59,854 nt of DNA from a virus (Duplodnaviria > Caudoviricetes). The position numbers were made by a program, and so were the translations under genes. Location: positions 1 to 59,854 of the IMG/VR virus record IMGVR_UViG_3300005512_000033. The stretch is one strand, 5' to 3'. Below the pieces are notes generated by a model. That model did no database searches and was not told where the DNA came from. It saw only the letters and a program-made list of their open reading frames with translations. Position 1 is the stretch's first letter; every line of letters begins with the position of its first letter. Positions 45,479 to 55,637 of the stretch are shown piece by piece.

Positions 45479-47643
45479 TAACCTCTCCTGCCATCTGGTT
45501 TGAAGTCAACTCGAACTGCACCAAGTTCCCATTGTGTTCCTACTGTGTCAGACAATATTTTAAAGTTCATCTGACGACCACGTGCTCTCACAAAGACTTG
45601 GTTTGTATACTGATCTATACTTGCTGTAGTTATAACATCTCTTGTTAATGTATTCCCTGCTACGTCATCAGTTGAGTTAGCTGCGCCTGGGAAGTTTCTT
45701 ACTCCTACAGTCATTTCTACTTCTGGTGTTTGAGACGCTGCAGTGACTGGGTTTATTTGTTCAGAGTTAGTAAAATTCACATCAGGTATAACTCTCTTAG
45801 TTAATACAAATCTTTCTCCATCTTCTATTGCCATGTCTGCTGACTGAATATATGCAGTTATAGCTTGAGGAGCTGCACCGTTTGGTTGACCATCATCTAC
45901 ACCATCTTCATGTTTGTAAACATACCCACCACTTGTAGCAATAGGATATTTAAGTATCTGTGAATCAAACCAAGAAGTTCTATTTAATGAACCAAAATAC
46001 CAAAGTTGTTCTTGGTAATTATAGATAACATATTTATCGATAGTATTAGATGATGCTGAACAGTAGAACCATATAATCTCATTAAACTCACCATTAAGCC
46101 CTGCAAAGAATATATCGCCTTGATTTAGATTTATGTTGTCAAATACATGTTGTTTTACTGTGCAAGGTAAGGTATTTACTCGACCATCATAGAAGAAGAA
46201 CTTATCATGACCCATCCACATTACAACGTTATTTGCTTCAGCAATCACATTAGGTCCAGCTATATTAATACTGTCAGATATTTGTTGTATAGAAAATACT
46301 TCACCCGTGCCAATAAACTGTAATGAATTTAAAGAACGGTTTGTGTATACGAGAGTTTCTTGTCTAGTGTTAAATCCTGTGACAATTTTAGAACCACCTT
46401 TAACTCGTAAAAACCCTGCTGTATTTGTTATAGTCGGTTTCCATTCTTCTGGAACAGGTCCTGTATCTGCATTAACGTCAGCCCACCTAATTAATAAAGG
46501 GTCATATTCAGCGCCAGTAGTATAGTCAATAGAAACATAAGTCCCCACTACAGAAGCACTACCACCTGGGTCTTCTATTAAAGTAACTGTAAATGTAGTT
46601 GTACTTGGTACTGTAACAACTTGGTATTCACCTTGATATTGCACAGGTGTTTGTCCACTAAACTCAACCCAGTCTAATACATCTAATCCATGAGGTGACG
46701 CTGTTGTTATTGTTGCTGTAGTTCCTACATTAGTAATGCTTGATATTGTAATTCCTGCTGTCGTATCTCTATAATATTCTGTACAAGCTAACGCTAATAA
46801 ATGTCCACTTGATGCAAACATAGATTTACCAACTTGAGTAGGTACGGCACGAGAACCAGATAATGTATTAAGAGCTACTGAAATATTTGAAAAAGTGGAG
46901 TCATAGTCCCAATAATATATAGTTCCGTCTTGAATATTCCATATTAAATCGTTATTAAATTGATCTTGAAAGATAAGTCGTTCTGGGAAAAGCACTGGAG
47001 TTGTAGCACCCGAACCCCATGCACCTCGTGACCAAGTACCAGCACCCCAACCATACCCTGCTGTTAGATTAGAATACCCAATAGATATTTGAAAAGTTGC
47101 TGTAATGGCTGTGCCACCTCCACCTGATACAGTAGACGTTGCAGCGGTATCAACTGTTATTTCAAAGCTATTACCTAATACATTTTGGCATTGAAACTCT
47201 TTATTTAAATCGCCAGCAGCGATGCCTCCAACAGCGGTAGCCCCACTAAAAGTAACATAGTCACCATCTGATGCTCCATGAGAATTAATATTTACGGTTA
47301 CTGTAGTAGAACCACTTGTTGTATCAAAACAGTTATCCGTGTCAGGTGTAGTAAACGTAGCTCTAACAGGAGTAACATCATATAAAGTTGTACCGCCCAT
47401 TACATAAAACTTTTGGTCAGTACCAATACCTACAATTTCTGAACCATCTGTTGTGCCGTAGGTATATAAACTACGTGCATCACCTTTATATTGGTCAAAG
47501 TTTATTACAGTCCAACCACCTATTTTTTCAGCAAAACCTTGTCTAAATCTAATTTTGTCACAGTCATACCAGCCACCTTCAGCAGCGTAATTAGTTCTAT
47601 CTGTGTTAAGACCTGGTTGAAAAGCTAATTTTTTTAATGCCAT
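45478..47643 (-). CDS. Tail tubular B-like/DNA stabilisation (nozzle) protein
   Basis: F.PG......Y..EG.W.D.D..RFR.G..EKIGGW start and PDGRR end. Start at MALKKL. Confidence 0.75.
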   Translation of the reverse strand: MALKKLAFQPGLNTDRTNYAAEGGWYDCDKIRFRQGFAEKIGGWTVINFDQYKGDARSLYTYGTTDGSEIVGIGTDQKFYVMGGTTLYDVTPVRATFTTPDTDNCFDTTSGSTTVTVNINSHGASDGDYVTFSGATAVGGIAAGDLNKEFQCQNVLGNSFEITVDTAATSTVSGGGGTAITATFQISIGYSNLTAGYGWGAGTWSRGAWGSGATTPVLFPERLIFQDQFNNDLIWNIQDGTIYYWDYDSTFSNISVALNTLSGSRAVPTQVGKSMFASSGHLLALACTEYYRDTTAGITISSITNVGTTATITTASPHGLDVLDWVEFSGQTPVQYQGEYQVVTVPSTTTFTVTLIEDPGGSASVVGTYVSIDYTTGAEYDPLLIRWADVNADTGPVPEEWKPTITNTAGFLRVKGGSKIVTGFNTRQETLVYTNRSLNSLQFIGTGEVFSIQQISDSINIAGPNVIAEANNVVMWMGHDKFFFYDGRVNTLPCTVKQHVFDNINLNQGDIFFAGLNGEFNEIIWFYCSASSNTIDKYVIYNYQEQLWYFGSLNRTSWFDSQILKYPIATSGGYVYKHEDGVDDGQPNGAAPQAITAYIQSADMAIEDGERFVLTKRVIPDVNFTNSEQINPVTAASQTPEVEMTVGVRNFPGAANSTDDVAGNTLTRDVITTASIDQYTNQVFVRARGRQMNFKILSDTVGTQWELGAVRVDFKPDGRRG

Positions 47644-47644
47644 A

Positions 47645-48130
47645 TTAAGCTCCAGACATAAACATAGCATGTTCTGCCATTCTACGTCTTTGTAATCCTT
47701 TTAATACACGACCACCTGCACGACAATACTTTAAAAGAACTTCTCCAGCACGCGTTTTATCACCACGGAGAAATGCCGACCGAACTGTCGAGCGCTGAAA
47801 TGTTCCCAAACCAAGATTAAAGCTAAAGCTGACAAGAGCATCAAACTCAGACTGCTTTGGTTGCACAGTACCCAACAGACGAAGTACTCCCAGCTCGAAG
47901 CGTTGTAAGTCGTATTTAAGTAATCCATCTACCTCTTCTTTCGTCCAAATTCTATTATCTTCTGGTTTTAAATCAAACTTAGCTCTATCAGCTAAATTCA
48001 TTACTAATTGTCTAGGATATAGTGCATGCCCACAGCCAACCGTCCATACATTTCCACTGCACATGTATGGCTTATACTTAACCCCCTCGAAATACTTGAT
48101 GAGGTGTATCCCTGTGTCTGATGTTTTCAC
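47645..48130 (-). CDS. Endolysin, GH24 lysozyme
   Basis: FEG....PY.C....WTVG.GH, FDALVSF.FNLG, GG.VL.GL.RRR.AE. Confidence 0.93.
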   Translation of the reverse strand: MKTSDTGIHLIKYFEGVKYKPYMCSGNVWTVGCGHALYPRQLVMNLADRAKFDLKPEDNRIWTKEEVDGLLKYDLQRFELGVLRLLGTVQPKQSEFDALVSFSFNLGLGTFQRSTVRSAFLRGDKTRAGEVLLKYCRAGGRVLKGLQRRRMAEHAMFMSGA

Positions 48131-48615
48131 TATTTTTTATCCCATCTCCTACTTCCAAACCAGAACCCTATAATACTTGCAAAGATTGCCATCTCTTCGT
48201 TACTAAAAACTATTTCCATCGCAGTAGCAAAGTCTACTCCAGATTTAATTGCCCATATCAAACCTACTATATCCACAAATAAAAGAACAAAAAGCATAAG
48301 ATAGGTGATAACGGGGCGAACACTAGCACGGAGATTAATAACCCAAGTAGACGCATTTTGCGAGATTTCAGCATCGTGTTTGTATAGTGCAAGTCTTTCT
48401 TGCGCATAGGTTTCCATCTCGACTTGATCCGTTCGGAACTCTTCGATGCGTTCTTGAGACGCAAAGCCAGCTTTAGCCATTTCCATGGCTCGTTCCATTT
48501 CCAGTCTTGCCATCGCTTGTTCATGTTTTTGGTCACCTTTATTTTTAAAATAATCTAATACGCTTGGTAAACCTGACGTTGCGAAACCTAATATACCTGA
48601 AATAATACTTAACAT
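48130..48615 (-). CDS. Putative holin (3-TM type)
   Basis: R.SVRP.ITY and IIGFWFGSR motifs, TM helices, adjacent to the lysozyme. Confidence 0.75.
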   Translation of the reverse strand: MLSIISGILGFATSGLPSVLDYFKNKGDQKHEQAMARLEMERAMEMAKAGFASQERIEEFRTDQVEMETYAQERLALYKHDAEISQNASTWVINLRASVRPVITYLMLFVLLFVDIVGLIWAIKSGVDFATAMEIVFSNEEMAIFASIIGFWFGSRRWDKK

Positions 48616-48624
48616 TTATACTCC

Positions 48625-49038
48625 TTATTTAGCTAATGGGTTAGTTGTAGCTTTTTGTAATGCTCTCATTTTATCATTAACGCCATCTATTTGCGACTTA
48701 ACCTCACTTCTAATACTAGATAACGCTGCCTCTACTTCGCGTGACGTACCTGAACTAACTGCTTTTGCTTCACGGGCTAAAGCTATAGCCTCACTTGCTT
48801 TTTCTTGTAATCTAATATTAGTTTGCATCAGCTCAACATATCTCTCACGTTGGTCATTTAATGCATCTTGTAACAGTTCTATTTTATTAGCGTCAAACTT
48901 ATTAATCACCGAAAGCATCTTGTTGTAGAGGGTTATCCCGTAATAAGCTCCTCCACCTAAAATCGGCAATGCTGTTAAGACCAGAGTTAACATCGTCCGG
49001 GAAGATAAAGTCAAGGAGAATGTTTTGTTGTGTTCCAT
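48625..49038 (-). CDS. Membrane-anchored coiled-coil protein
   Basis: N-terminal TM, coiled coil, NPL C-terminus. Confidence 0.65.
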   Translation of the reverse strand: MEHNKTFSLTLSSRTMLTLVLTALPILGGGAYYGITLYNKMLSVINKFDANKIELLQDALNDQRERYVELMQTNIRLQEKASEAIALAREAKAVSSGTSREVEAALSSIRSEVKSQIDGVNDKMRALQKATTNPLAK

Positions 49039-50011
49039 ATTCTTGTTCCTGTATAAGAGTTAAAACTTCGTTTAACTGTATTTCTTGCAGCTGAATGCCG
49101 TTGTTTAAAACATCCAGTGACATGGTAATACCAAACCCTGGAACTAATTCTTTGCCTTTTGGTACCTCAGGCGCTTGCTCTTCTTTCTCGTCCTTCTCTT
49201 CTTCGCTTTGCTTTGATTCTTGCTGCGATTCGGTTTCTTCTGAGCTGTTCGTAGTATCCTCTTTCTTTTCTTCTTTCGTCTGTTCTTGCTTCGGTTGGGT
49301 CTCGGAAGACTCCTCCTTCGGCTGCACCAAATCTGGCATAGTCGTCGTCAACACCTGCGCATTCTCCGGTGCAGTTACATTGTCTATTGCTGGAGGTTGT
49401 ACACTCGTGGAGACTTGGTTTACTGGGTCTGTTGAAGAACCATCCGAAGTTGCTTGGGGTATAGTCGTTGATAGCGGCGATACGGGATCCGTTACGCTCA
49501 TCGCGCAGCTTCTGTTTGTTTCTACCCAGTCTGTCCAAACCCCGTCTAAGTAAGGAGTTGAGCAGTTGAACTGTCTTACCTGAGTTATTGTTCCTTCGTA
49601 ACCTGAATCGCATGCTATTTCCCTACTTTCTGCAGTATCAATACAAGTCGCTGGTGCTGGGCTACAATTTTCTGAAGTAGTGATCCAAGGACCGAATGCA
49701 TTGGTTTGACAATAATAATCCCTAACTTGGTTAACCACACCAACAGTGTTAGGCTCAGTACATGCAAGCGTTCTATACTCCACTGTGTCACTACATATAG
49801 GCTCTGTTGCAAATGTTGAACAGTATGGGTCATCAGGTCGGAACCATGTGCAATAGTGATCTTCCAAAGCCACTGACACTTCAATACCGTCGCATTGCAT
49901 ACTGCCATCCAGATACCAACCGTCTTCTGTTTGATTGAACCCACAACTCCACGTATATCCATAATTACTCCACGTTGTCAGGATTATAAGGGTAAGTAGT
50001 AGCTTCTTCAT
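48902..50011 (-). CDS. Exported Cys-rich protein with acidic linker
   Basis: Signal peptide MKKLLLTLIIL, two repeats of C...E.R..AC....G...QVR...C.....W.....C. Confidence 0.75.
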   Translation of the reverse strand: MKKLLLTLIILTTWSNYGYTWSCGFNQTEDGWYLDGSMQCDGIEVSVALEDHYCTWFRPDDPYCSTFATEPICSDTVEYRTLACTEPNTVGVVNQVRDYYCQTNAFGPWITTSENCSPAPATCIDTAESREIACDSGYEGTITQVRQFNCSTPYLDGVWTDWVETNRSCAMSVTDPVSPLSTTIPQATSDGSSTDPVNQVSTSVQPPAIDNVTAPENAQVLTTTMPDLVQPKEESSETQPKQEQTKEEKKEDTTNSSEETESQQESKQSEEEKDEKEEQAPEVPKGKELVPGFGITMSLDVLNNGIQLQEIQLNEVLTLIQEQEYGTQQNILLDFIFPDDVNSGLNSIADFRWRSLLRDNPLQQDAFGD

Positions 50012-50486
50012 CTTTTACCTCAGGCTTTTTTACCTCATAGTTCTGACCATATAGTTTTTTAAATCTACCAGGTTCTAGTTCCCACCAGGCTAATCTTGCT
50101 GCATCGCCGACTGAACCACCAACAGGGCATGGACTGCCAGACATTTCCATAGCGTCCCAGACATCTGGGTTTTTACAGAGCAACGACACTGCTGCTACCT
50201 TGAGGCCCATGTCATGTAAAGCCTTCGCGTTCTTTAGTCTCACACAGTTATCGTCTGTCATAACAGTCCCCCCTGAAATCGCGAAGACACCTGTGTTAGC
50301 TCCGCCGCTAACAGGTACAGCACATACATCTTGTGAAAATGCAGACATGGACGGTGCCATGGCTGAAGGGACGGGTTGGCCTTGATATTTTATGGTAGTA
50401 GTTCCACCAGCGAAAGCATACTCTGTTACGAGTAAAGCAAAAGCAACGCCCAATGCAACGCTGAGATACCAAACGAAATTTTTCAA
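49965..50486 (-). CDS. Exported Cys-containing conserved phage protein
   Basis: Signal peptide (AFA), PSAMAP...D.C...D.NC.RLK...KVAAV.LLC...PCP. TTG start. Confidence 0.7.
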   Translation of the reverse strand: MKNFVWYLSVALGVAFALLVTEYAFAGGTTTIKYQGQPVPSAMAPSMSAFSQDVCAVPVSGGANTGVFAISGGTVMTDDNCVRLKNAKALHDMGLKVAAVSLLCKNPDVWDAMEMSGSPCPVGGSVGDAARLAWWELEPGRFKKLYGQNYEVKKPEVKDEEATTYPYNPDNVE

Positions 50487-50563
50487 TTAAATGCCCCAAA
50501 TCTATTGACTTATAAGCATTATTATACATTCTTTATTAAATTTTGTTTACTACTAATCCATCA

Positions 50564-51118
50564 TTATCTAAACCATGTAATTATTGAATATCGAGTTCCT
50601 TGAGTTACAGGCATAACTTCATGTGGATACATAAACGTAGAAGGAAACATCAATACATCTCCTTTGTTAAGTTTGTATTTTAATTGCCTATCAAAGAAAG
50701 CAAATTCACCACCTTCATAGTCGTCATTTAAATGCATAGAACAACTTACTAATCTAGGAGCTTGTAAAAAAGTATCAACATGTTGAGAATAAAATTCTCC
50801 TTCTCGGTATCTCAGTAATTCATACCCTGTATCTTCAGCTATTTGTGCATGGGTATGATTACTATTATACTTCTCAATACACTGACTAGCTATATTAAAT
50901 AAGTCATCATCTATTTTTTTCCTTATAGCACTGTCTTTAATTATATTATTGTGTGATAATCCAATAGTGTGACAGTTTCTAATATTTTTCTGTATTCCAC
51001 CGCCTGTGTTAGCATCTACCCAATCATTAGTATTTGCATATTCAGTAAGAATTTGATCACATAGGGTATTAGGGATTAAGTTTTTTATAACTTTTATATA
51101 ATTATCTAAAATATCCAT
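50564..51118 (-). CDS. 2OG-Fe(II) oxygenase (prolyl-4-hydroxylase-like)
   Basis: LLRY..G.FY..HVD, LNDDYEGGEF.F, FPS.FMYPHEV.PV..G.RYS..TW. Confidence 0.92.
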   Translation of the reverse strand: MDILDNYIKVIKNLIPNTLCDQILTEYANTNDWVDANTGGGIQKNIRNCHTIGLSHNNIIKDSAIRKKIDDDLFNIASQCIEKYNSNHTHAQIAEDTGYELLRYREGEFYSQHVDTFLQAPRLVSCSMHLNDDYEGGEFAFFDRQLKYKLNKGDVLMFPSTFMYPHEVMPVTQGTRYSIITWFR

Positions 51119-51659
51119 TATTTATCCTATCATAATAATGTTGCCAATGATCTCCGTAAGCTCTTACATAATGTAAAAATACTTGTCCATAGTTATTGCC
51201 TTTATAAGATTCTCTCCAATGTCTAGAAACCATACCTAAATATATAGCAGCTTGTCCAGGTTTTAAATTAAAACTACTTGTTTCACCGTTCGGTTTTGTA
51301 AACCATATGTCCCAATCAGTATCGCCACCTAGATGTAACGTAACACTAACTTCACATGAAGGCCTATCAGTATGAGGTTTTAAAACTTCTCCGTTTTTAT
51401 ATAATCTAGAATATGCGTATGTAGGTAACATTGGTTCTTTTAGTACATCATTCATAAATGGTACTTTTGCACATAACAAAGCTAAAAAATCTTTATAGTT
51501 ATAAGATGCAAAGGAAAGGGGGCATTGTGGATCACGAACAAAATTGTTTGAGTTGTTATTTATATCATTGACAAATTTTGTATATAAATCCTGTGCTTGT
51601 TTTAAAGTAATAAAATTATCAATAACAATATAGTTATTATTAACAAGATCTTGATTCAT
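51102..51659 (-). CDS. 2OG-Fe(II) oxygenase-like protein
   Basis: PTYAYSRLY..G..L..HTDRPSCE.S.T, HWR, Q.FLHYV. Confidence 0.85.
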   Translation of the reverse strand: MNQDLVNNNYIVIDNFITLKQAQDLYTKFVNDINNNSNNFVRDPQCPLSFASYNYKDFLALLCAKVPFMNDVLKEPMLPTYAYSRLYKNGEVLKPHTDRPSCEVSVTLHLGGDTDWDIWFTKPNGETSSFNLKPGQAAIYLGMVSRHWRESYKGNNYGQVFLHYVRAYGDHWQHYYDRINNGYFR

Positions 51660-51691
51660 TAATTAATACTTTTTTAGATATGACTGGAAGT

Positions 51692-52006
51692 TTACTCTGC
51701 CGCGGCTTGAACCGCCGCCGCTTCCTCTTCCGCGTGTATAACTGCTACTTTTTCCGCCGCCGCTGCAATCGCTGCTTCTTTAGCTGCTTGCCATACATTA
51801 ATACATGCATTTGTCCAATCTGGCAATTCTGTTATTTCATCATTTTGAATCATAGGGCTATCATATTCTATATGTCCAGTATTGTTATCATACCATTGCA
51901 ACGCCCATAGATTATTTGGTAAATTACACGAAGATAAATCTAAATCATCGTAAGTTTCACCGTCTTTACCAACAGTGCCTGTTTCTTTTATTATTATTAA
52001 TCTCAT
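51692..52006 (-). CDS. Putative tail fibre assembly chaperone
   Basis: ALQW....G.IEY motif, downstream of the fibre gene. Confidence 0.6.
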   Translation of the reverse strand: MRLIIIKETGTVGKDGETYDDLDLSSCNLPNNLWALQWYDNNTGHIEYDSPMIQNDEITELPDWTNACINVWQAAKEAAIAAAAEKVAVIHAEEEAAAVQAAAE

Positions 52007-52299
52007 TTTTTATTGTCTCCTAATAAATTTTGTTTTGCAGTTTCGGCTAATAATCTAACACTATTTTCATTAGCTTTCACCATTTCATTTCTAAATGATT
52101 CTACAGCTGCTCCAGTTTCTCTTTGTGTCCCAGAGTTTTCTACTAGTAACATAGGCATCCAAGTTATAGCACATTGGTATTCATCTACTTCTTTACCAGT
52201 ATTTTTATCAAATCCCTGTACTCTAGTAAACCACGCACACTTTAAGCCTACACACTCTTTTTTAATTAAAGGACAAAACGTTCCTTGTTCAATTCTCAT
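52003..52299 (-). CDS. Conserved Cys-rich fibre-associated protein
   Basis: CPL..K.C....CAW...CAI...P.L..EN...AVESFRNEMV. Confidence 0.75.
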   Translation of the reverse strand: MRIEQGTFCPLIKKECVGLKCAWFTRVQGFDKNTGKEVDEYQCAITWMPMLLVENSGTQRETGAAVESFRNEMVKANENSVRLLAETAKQNLLGDNKK

Positions 52300-52312
52300 T
52301 TATACCTTTCTA

Positions 52313-53485
52313 TTAATCTTTAGATGCAATAATTAAGTCTACATATTGTACAGCAAGATTAATTGCACTACCACTAAAAGTACCTGAACCACTAGAAAAA
52401 CTAAATGGGTGAGAGTGAGAACCTCCTCCACCTGTACTAAGGGTATTATAAGTTCCAAAGGTTGGTGTAGAAGAACTTAAACCATCTATAGCTGCAATAG
52501 GACCACCCCCCGCGGGACTTCGGGTTTGTATAACATGTGAATGGCTTGGAATTTGTGGTGTAGAAAGTGTTGTATTGCCAGCAGAACCAGAAACACTGGT
52601 AATAGTCACAGAACCAGTTGGAGTTTGAGAAGCAAAAGCTGTTGTAAAGTTAACAGAACCTCCTGATGATGCTGTACCAGACACCACTCTTAATGCTTTG
52701 TTGTCATGGGTTGTTTGTTTAGTCCAACCTGTTGGTGCTGTTGTTTGTTGGAATAACATCAATGTACCTGCATCAAAAGCTGCTGCAGCTGCAGATGTCC
52801 ATGTTGTACCATTAGATGTTAATACATTACCTGATGATCCAGGCGCAACAAAGTTAGGAGCTGAAGTGCCATTACCTAAGATAACATTGTTAGCTGTTAA
52901 AGTTGTAGCGCCGGTACCTCCGTCAGCTACAGGAATAGGTACAGTTTGTGCTGTAAATGCTGAAGTACCATTACCTTTAACATATCCAGTTAACGTAGAA
53001 GCCCCTGTACCTCCATTTGGTACAGTAAGATCATTAGTTAAAGTTAAGGTTCCAATTGTAGCAGTTGAAGTTTCTAAAGCTGTAATATAGTTAACTCCTT
53101 CAACAACGTTTGTAGCATCATTAAATAGTAACATTGCTTTACCCGCTGGAACGGCTACGCCTGTGCCTGTTGAGTTCTTAACTGTAATTGCATCAGCACA
53201 TCCGTTATTAACTAAATAAAATTTTTCAATTGAAGGTACAATTAAGTCTTGAGCTCCACCTGATGTACCTGTTAAGTTTAATCTCAAATTACGTGCTGTT
53301 TGAGATGCGTTTGTGTCTGTTAGTGTTAGAGTTACTGTAGCACTTGCGAATGTAACATCAGCTGAACCTGTGATAGCCTCTTCAATGGCTGTTCCTAAGT
53401 TGGTGTTAGTTGTAACACCCCAAGTACCTGATTGTTCGCCAGTACCAATTAACTCAAATTTTAAATCTGAATATGTACTTGCCAT
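52313..53485 (-). CDS. Tail fibre protein
   Basis: GEQSGTWG..TN.N anchor, GGTGA repeats, collar-like APTGW, PSHSH/HSH metal-binding tip. Confidence 0.85.
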   Translation of the reverse strand: MASTYSDLKFELIGTGEQSGTWGVTTNTNLGTAIEEAITGSADVTFASATVTLTLTDTNASQTARNLRLNLTGTSGGAQDLIVPSIEKFYLVNNGCADAITVKNSTGTGVAVPAGKAMLLFNDATNVVEGVNYITALETSTATIGTLTLTNDLTVPNGGTGASTLTGYVKGNGTSAFTAQTVPIPVADGGTGATTLTANNVILGNGTSAPNFVAPGSSGNVLTSNGTTWTSAAAAAFDAGTLMLFQQTTAPTGWTKQTTHDNKALRVVSGTASSGGSVNFTTAFASQTPTGSVTITSVSGSAGNTTLSTPQIPSHSHVIQTRSPAGGGPIAAIDGLSSSTPTFGTYNTLSTGGGGSHSHPFSFSSGSGTFSGSAINLAVQYVDLIIASKD

Positions 53486-53504
53486 TTTTATTTACCTCTT
53501 TATG

Positions 53505-53705
53505 TTATGATGTTTGACCGCTTGCAGGTACACTTGTTACGTGAATGGCCATATGTTTCTTTCCATCCCACGCGGTACCACAATCAGAGCAGGTTCCTGA
53601 ATTATATTCTTCGGCATCAACTTCCATGCCACAGTTTGCACACTCTAGGTGTGTTTCGTATTTATTTACAATTATACCATTTTTTTCTTTTGCATCCACT
53701 ATCAT
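53505..53705 (-). CDS. Zinc-ribbon protein
   Basis: CANC...CSDC, ATGA coupling. Confidence 0.65.
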   Translation of the reverse strand: MIVDAKEKNGIIVNKYETHLECANCGMEVDAEEYNSGTCSDCGTAWDGKKHMAIHVTSVPASGQTS

Positions 53706-54865
53706 GCTGCTATCTCCGTCCAGTTTGGTGTCTGTGTTGTATCGATTTCACCCCAAACTAAAGTAAATGTTTGTGTTTGTCCAGTACCCTGAACCCCTGT
53801 TACATAGACATTGGCTTTACCTATTACAGAAGCACTGCCTAATCCTGTTGTACCCGATACTCCTGTTGGGAATACTGTGGCTTTTGCTACTACAGACTCT
53901 TCACCTAGTCCTGTTGTGCCTTGAACGCCTGTAGGATAGACATTAGCTATACCTGTAATAGATGGTGTTCCAGTTTGTCCTGTAGCACTAACACCGGTTA
54001 CGTCTACATTACCTTCAGCAATAACTGATTCTTCACCAAGTCCAGTTGTACCTTGTAGTCCAGTTATACTAATTACATTATTTGTAATTAGGCTTTCATC
54101 ACCTAGTGTAGCAGTTAAACCAAACCCAACTACATCGATGTTTTGATCTGTCTGCTGTGTAGCTTGTCCTAATGCTGTAGTGCCTTGTAGTCCAGTTATA
54201 CTTATTACGTTGTTAGTAATTAGTCCTTCGTTACCAACTTGTCCTGAACCTTGTACACCTGTAGGACTTATATTTGCTTCACCAATAGTAGCTTCTTCGC
54301 CTAGCCCAGTAGTAGCAGAGGTACCATTAACTAATACAAAGAAAGTATCAGCGCCCCAAGGACCTTCACTCCAAGGACCTCCGCCCCAGCCGACATAAGC
54401 TACATCGACTGAAGTACTACCAACACCGCCAGTAGAGCTAACTCCAGTAAGGCTTATAACCTGATCGGTTTCAGGTGTTTCATTACCTAAACCACTTACA
54501 CCTGCTAGTCCAGTAACAGATATATTGTTATTTGTGATTAGACTTTCATCGCCTAAAGCACTTGTGCCTGCTATTCCAGTAACTTCAGCATTATAGATAA
54601 CAACTACATTTTCATCGCCTACATTACCTGTAGCAGTTAGCCCAGTAACAGAGACATTATTATTGGTTACTAAATCTTCTTCACCAAGTCCTGTTGTACC
54701 AGCTAAACCACTTAATGTGACTGTTGCTTTTGCAACAACTGCTTCATTACCTGCACTAGCAGTCGCAGTGACTCCATCTACATTAACTAATAATAGTTCT
54801 GTACCAAAGCTACCCTCAGACCAGGGCGCTTCACCATAGCCTGAGTATAATGTAGAGGAAGCCAT
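53702..54865 (-). CDS. Repetitive beta-rich virion protein
   Basis: ~24-aa repeats V/ITGxxGTTxLGEE, G/T/V-rich. Confidence 0.8.
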   Translation of the reverse strand: MASSTLYSGYGEAPWSEGSFGTELLLVNVDGVTATASAGNEAVVAKATVTLSGLAGTTGLGEEDLVTNNNVSVTGLTATGNVGDENVVVIYNAEVTGIAGTSALGDESLITNNNISVTGLAGVSGLGNETPETDQVISLTGVSSTGGVGSTSVDVAYVGWGGGPWSEGPWGADTFFVLVNGTSATTGLGEEATIGEANISPTGVQGSGQVGNEGLITNNVISITGLQGTTALGQATQQTDQNIDVVGFGLTATLGDESLITNNVISITGLQGTTGLGEESVIAEGNVDVTGVSATGQTGTPSITGIANVYPTGVQGTTGLGEESVVAKATVFPTGVSGTTGLGSASVIGKANVYVTGVQGTGQTQTFTLVWGEIDTTQTPNWTEIAA

Positions 54866-54877
54866 TACTAGCTCCTA

Positions 54878-55333
54878 TTAAGCAATTCTAATAATAGCGT
54901 CAGATGCGTCAGCTGTTGGGAATACAATAGTAAAGTCACCAGCAGTAGAAGTTTTATCACCACCAAAGTCTAGAACAGCAACAGCAGCATTAGATGCAGA
55001 TGAGTTATAAATCAAAGCACCAGATGCAGTAATAGTTGCAGTAGACCATGTAGTATCAGCAAAATCAGTAAACGCTGTAGTACCTGATGATGTAGGTGTT
55101 ACGTTAGTTAGTGTATTACCACCAGCTGAATAACCTGTTCCAGATGCCTCGTCAGAGTTACCTGTTACATCAGAGTAGTTTGTTGTAGCTGCGCCATATG
55201 TACCTGCAATACCTGAAGTTGCTTTAAATAGTGCAATCTTAAAAGTATTACCAGTACTATTTGTAAAATCATGTGTTCCTGTTAATAATTCTGTTTTAAA
55301 CGAGGTACACATTGCTTGTGTTAAACCTGCCAT
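54878..55333 (-). CDS. Virion structural protein
   Basis: TSFK.ELL...H, FK.AL, GY.AGG.TL, GALIYN, VLDFG.DK...A.IRIA. Confidence 0.75.
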   Translation of the reverse strand: MAGLTQAMCTSFKTELLTGTHDFTNSTGNTFKIALFKATSGIAGTYGAATTNYSDVTGNSDEASGTGYSAGGNTLTNVTPTSSGTTAFTDFADTTWSTATITASGALIYNSSASNAAVAVLDFGGDKTSTAGDFTIVFPTADASDAIIRIA

Positions 55334-55343
55334 AATTAGCTCC

Positions 55344-55634
55344 TTATTTTTCTAATAAATTTATAAGATCAGGGTACCCCGCTTCACGGAGTTTGTTTGC
55401 AATAGTCGTATTATACGACATAATTGCTTGCTTTATATAAGTAATCAGTACGCCTCTGATTTGGTTTCTAAACGCCTCAGCTTGATCCCTTATGACAGGA
55501 TTGCTTTGACTACCTACATAAATTATTTTATCCAATGCCATCTCGGCAATTTCTTCTGGTGTCATTCCTCTGTTTTGAGTAGTTATAACTTTAAATTCAC
55601 CAGGAGGAAATATATTTAAACTTTCACCTTTCAT
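55344..55634 (-). CDS. Conserved hypothetical protein
   Basis: TT.NRG.TPEE.A...IRDQA.AF. Confidence 0.7.
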   Translation of the reverse strand: MKGESLNIFPPGEFKVITTQNRGMTPEEIAEMALDKIIYVGSQSNPVIRDQAEAFRNQIRGVLITYIKQAIMSYNTTIANKLREAGYPDLINLLEK

Positions 55635-55637
55635 ATT

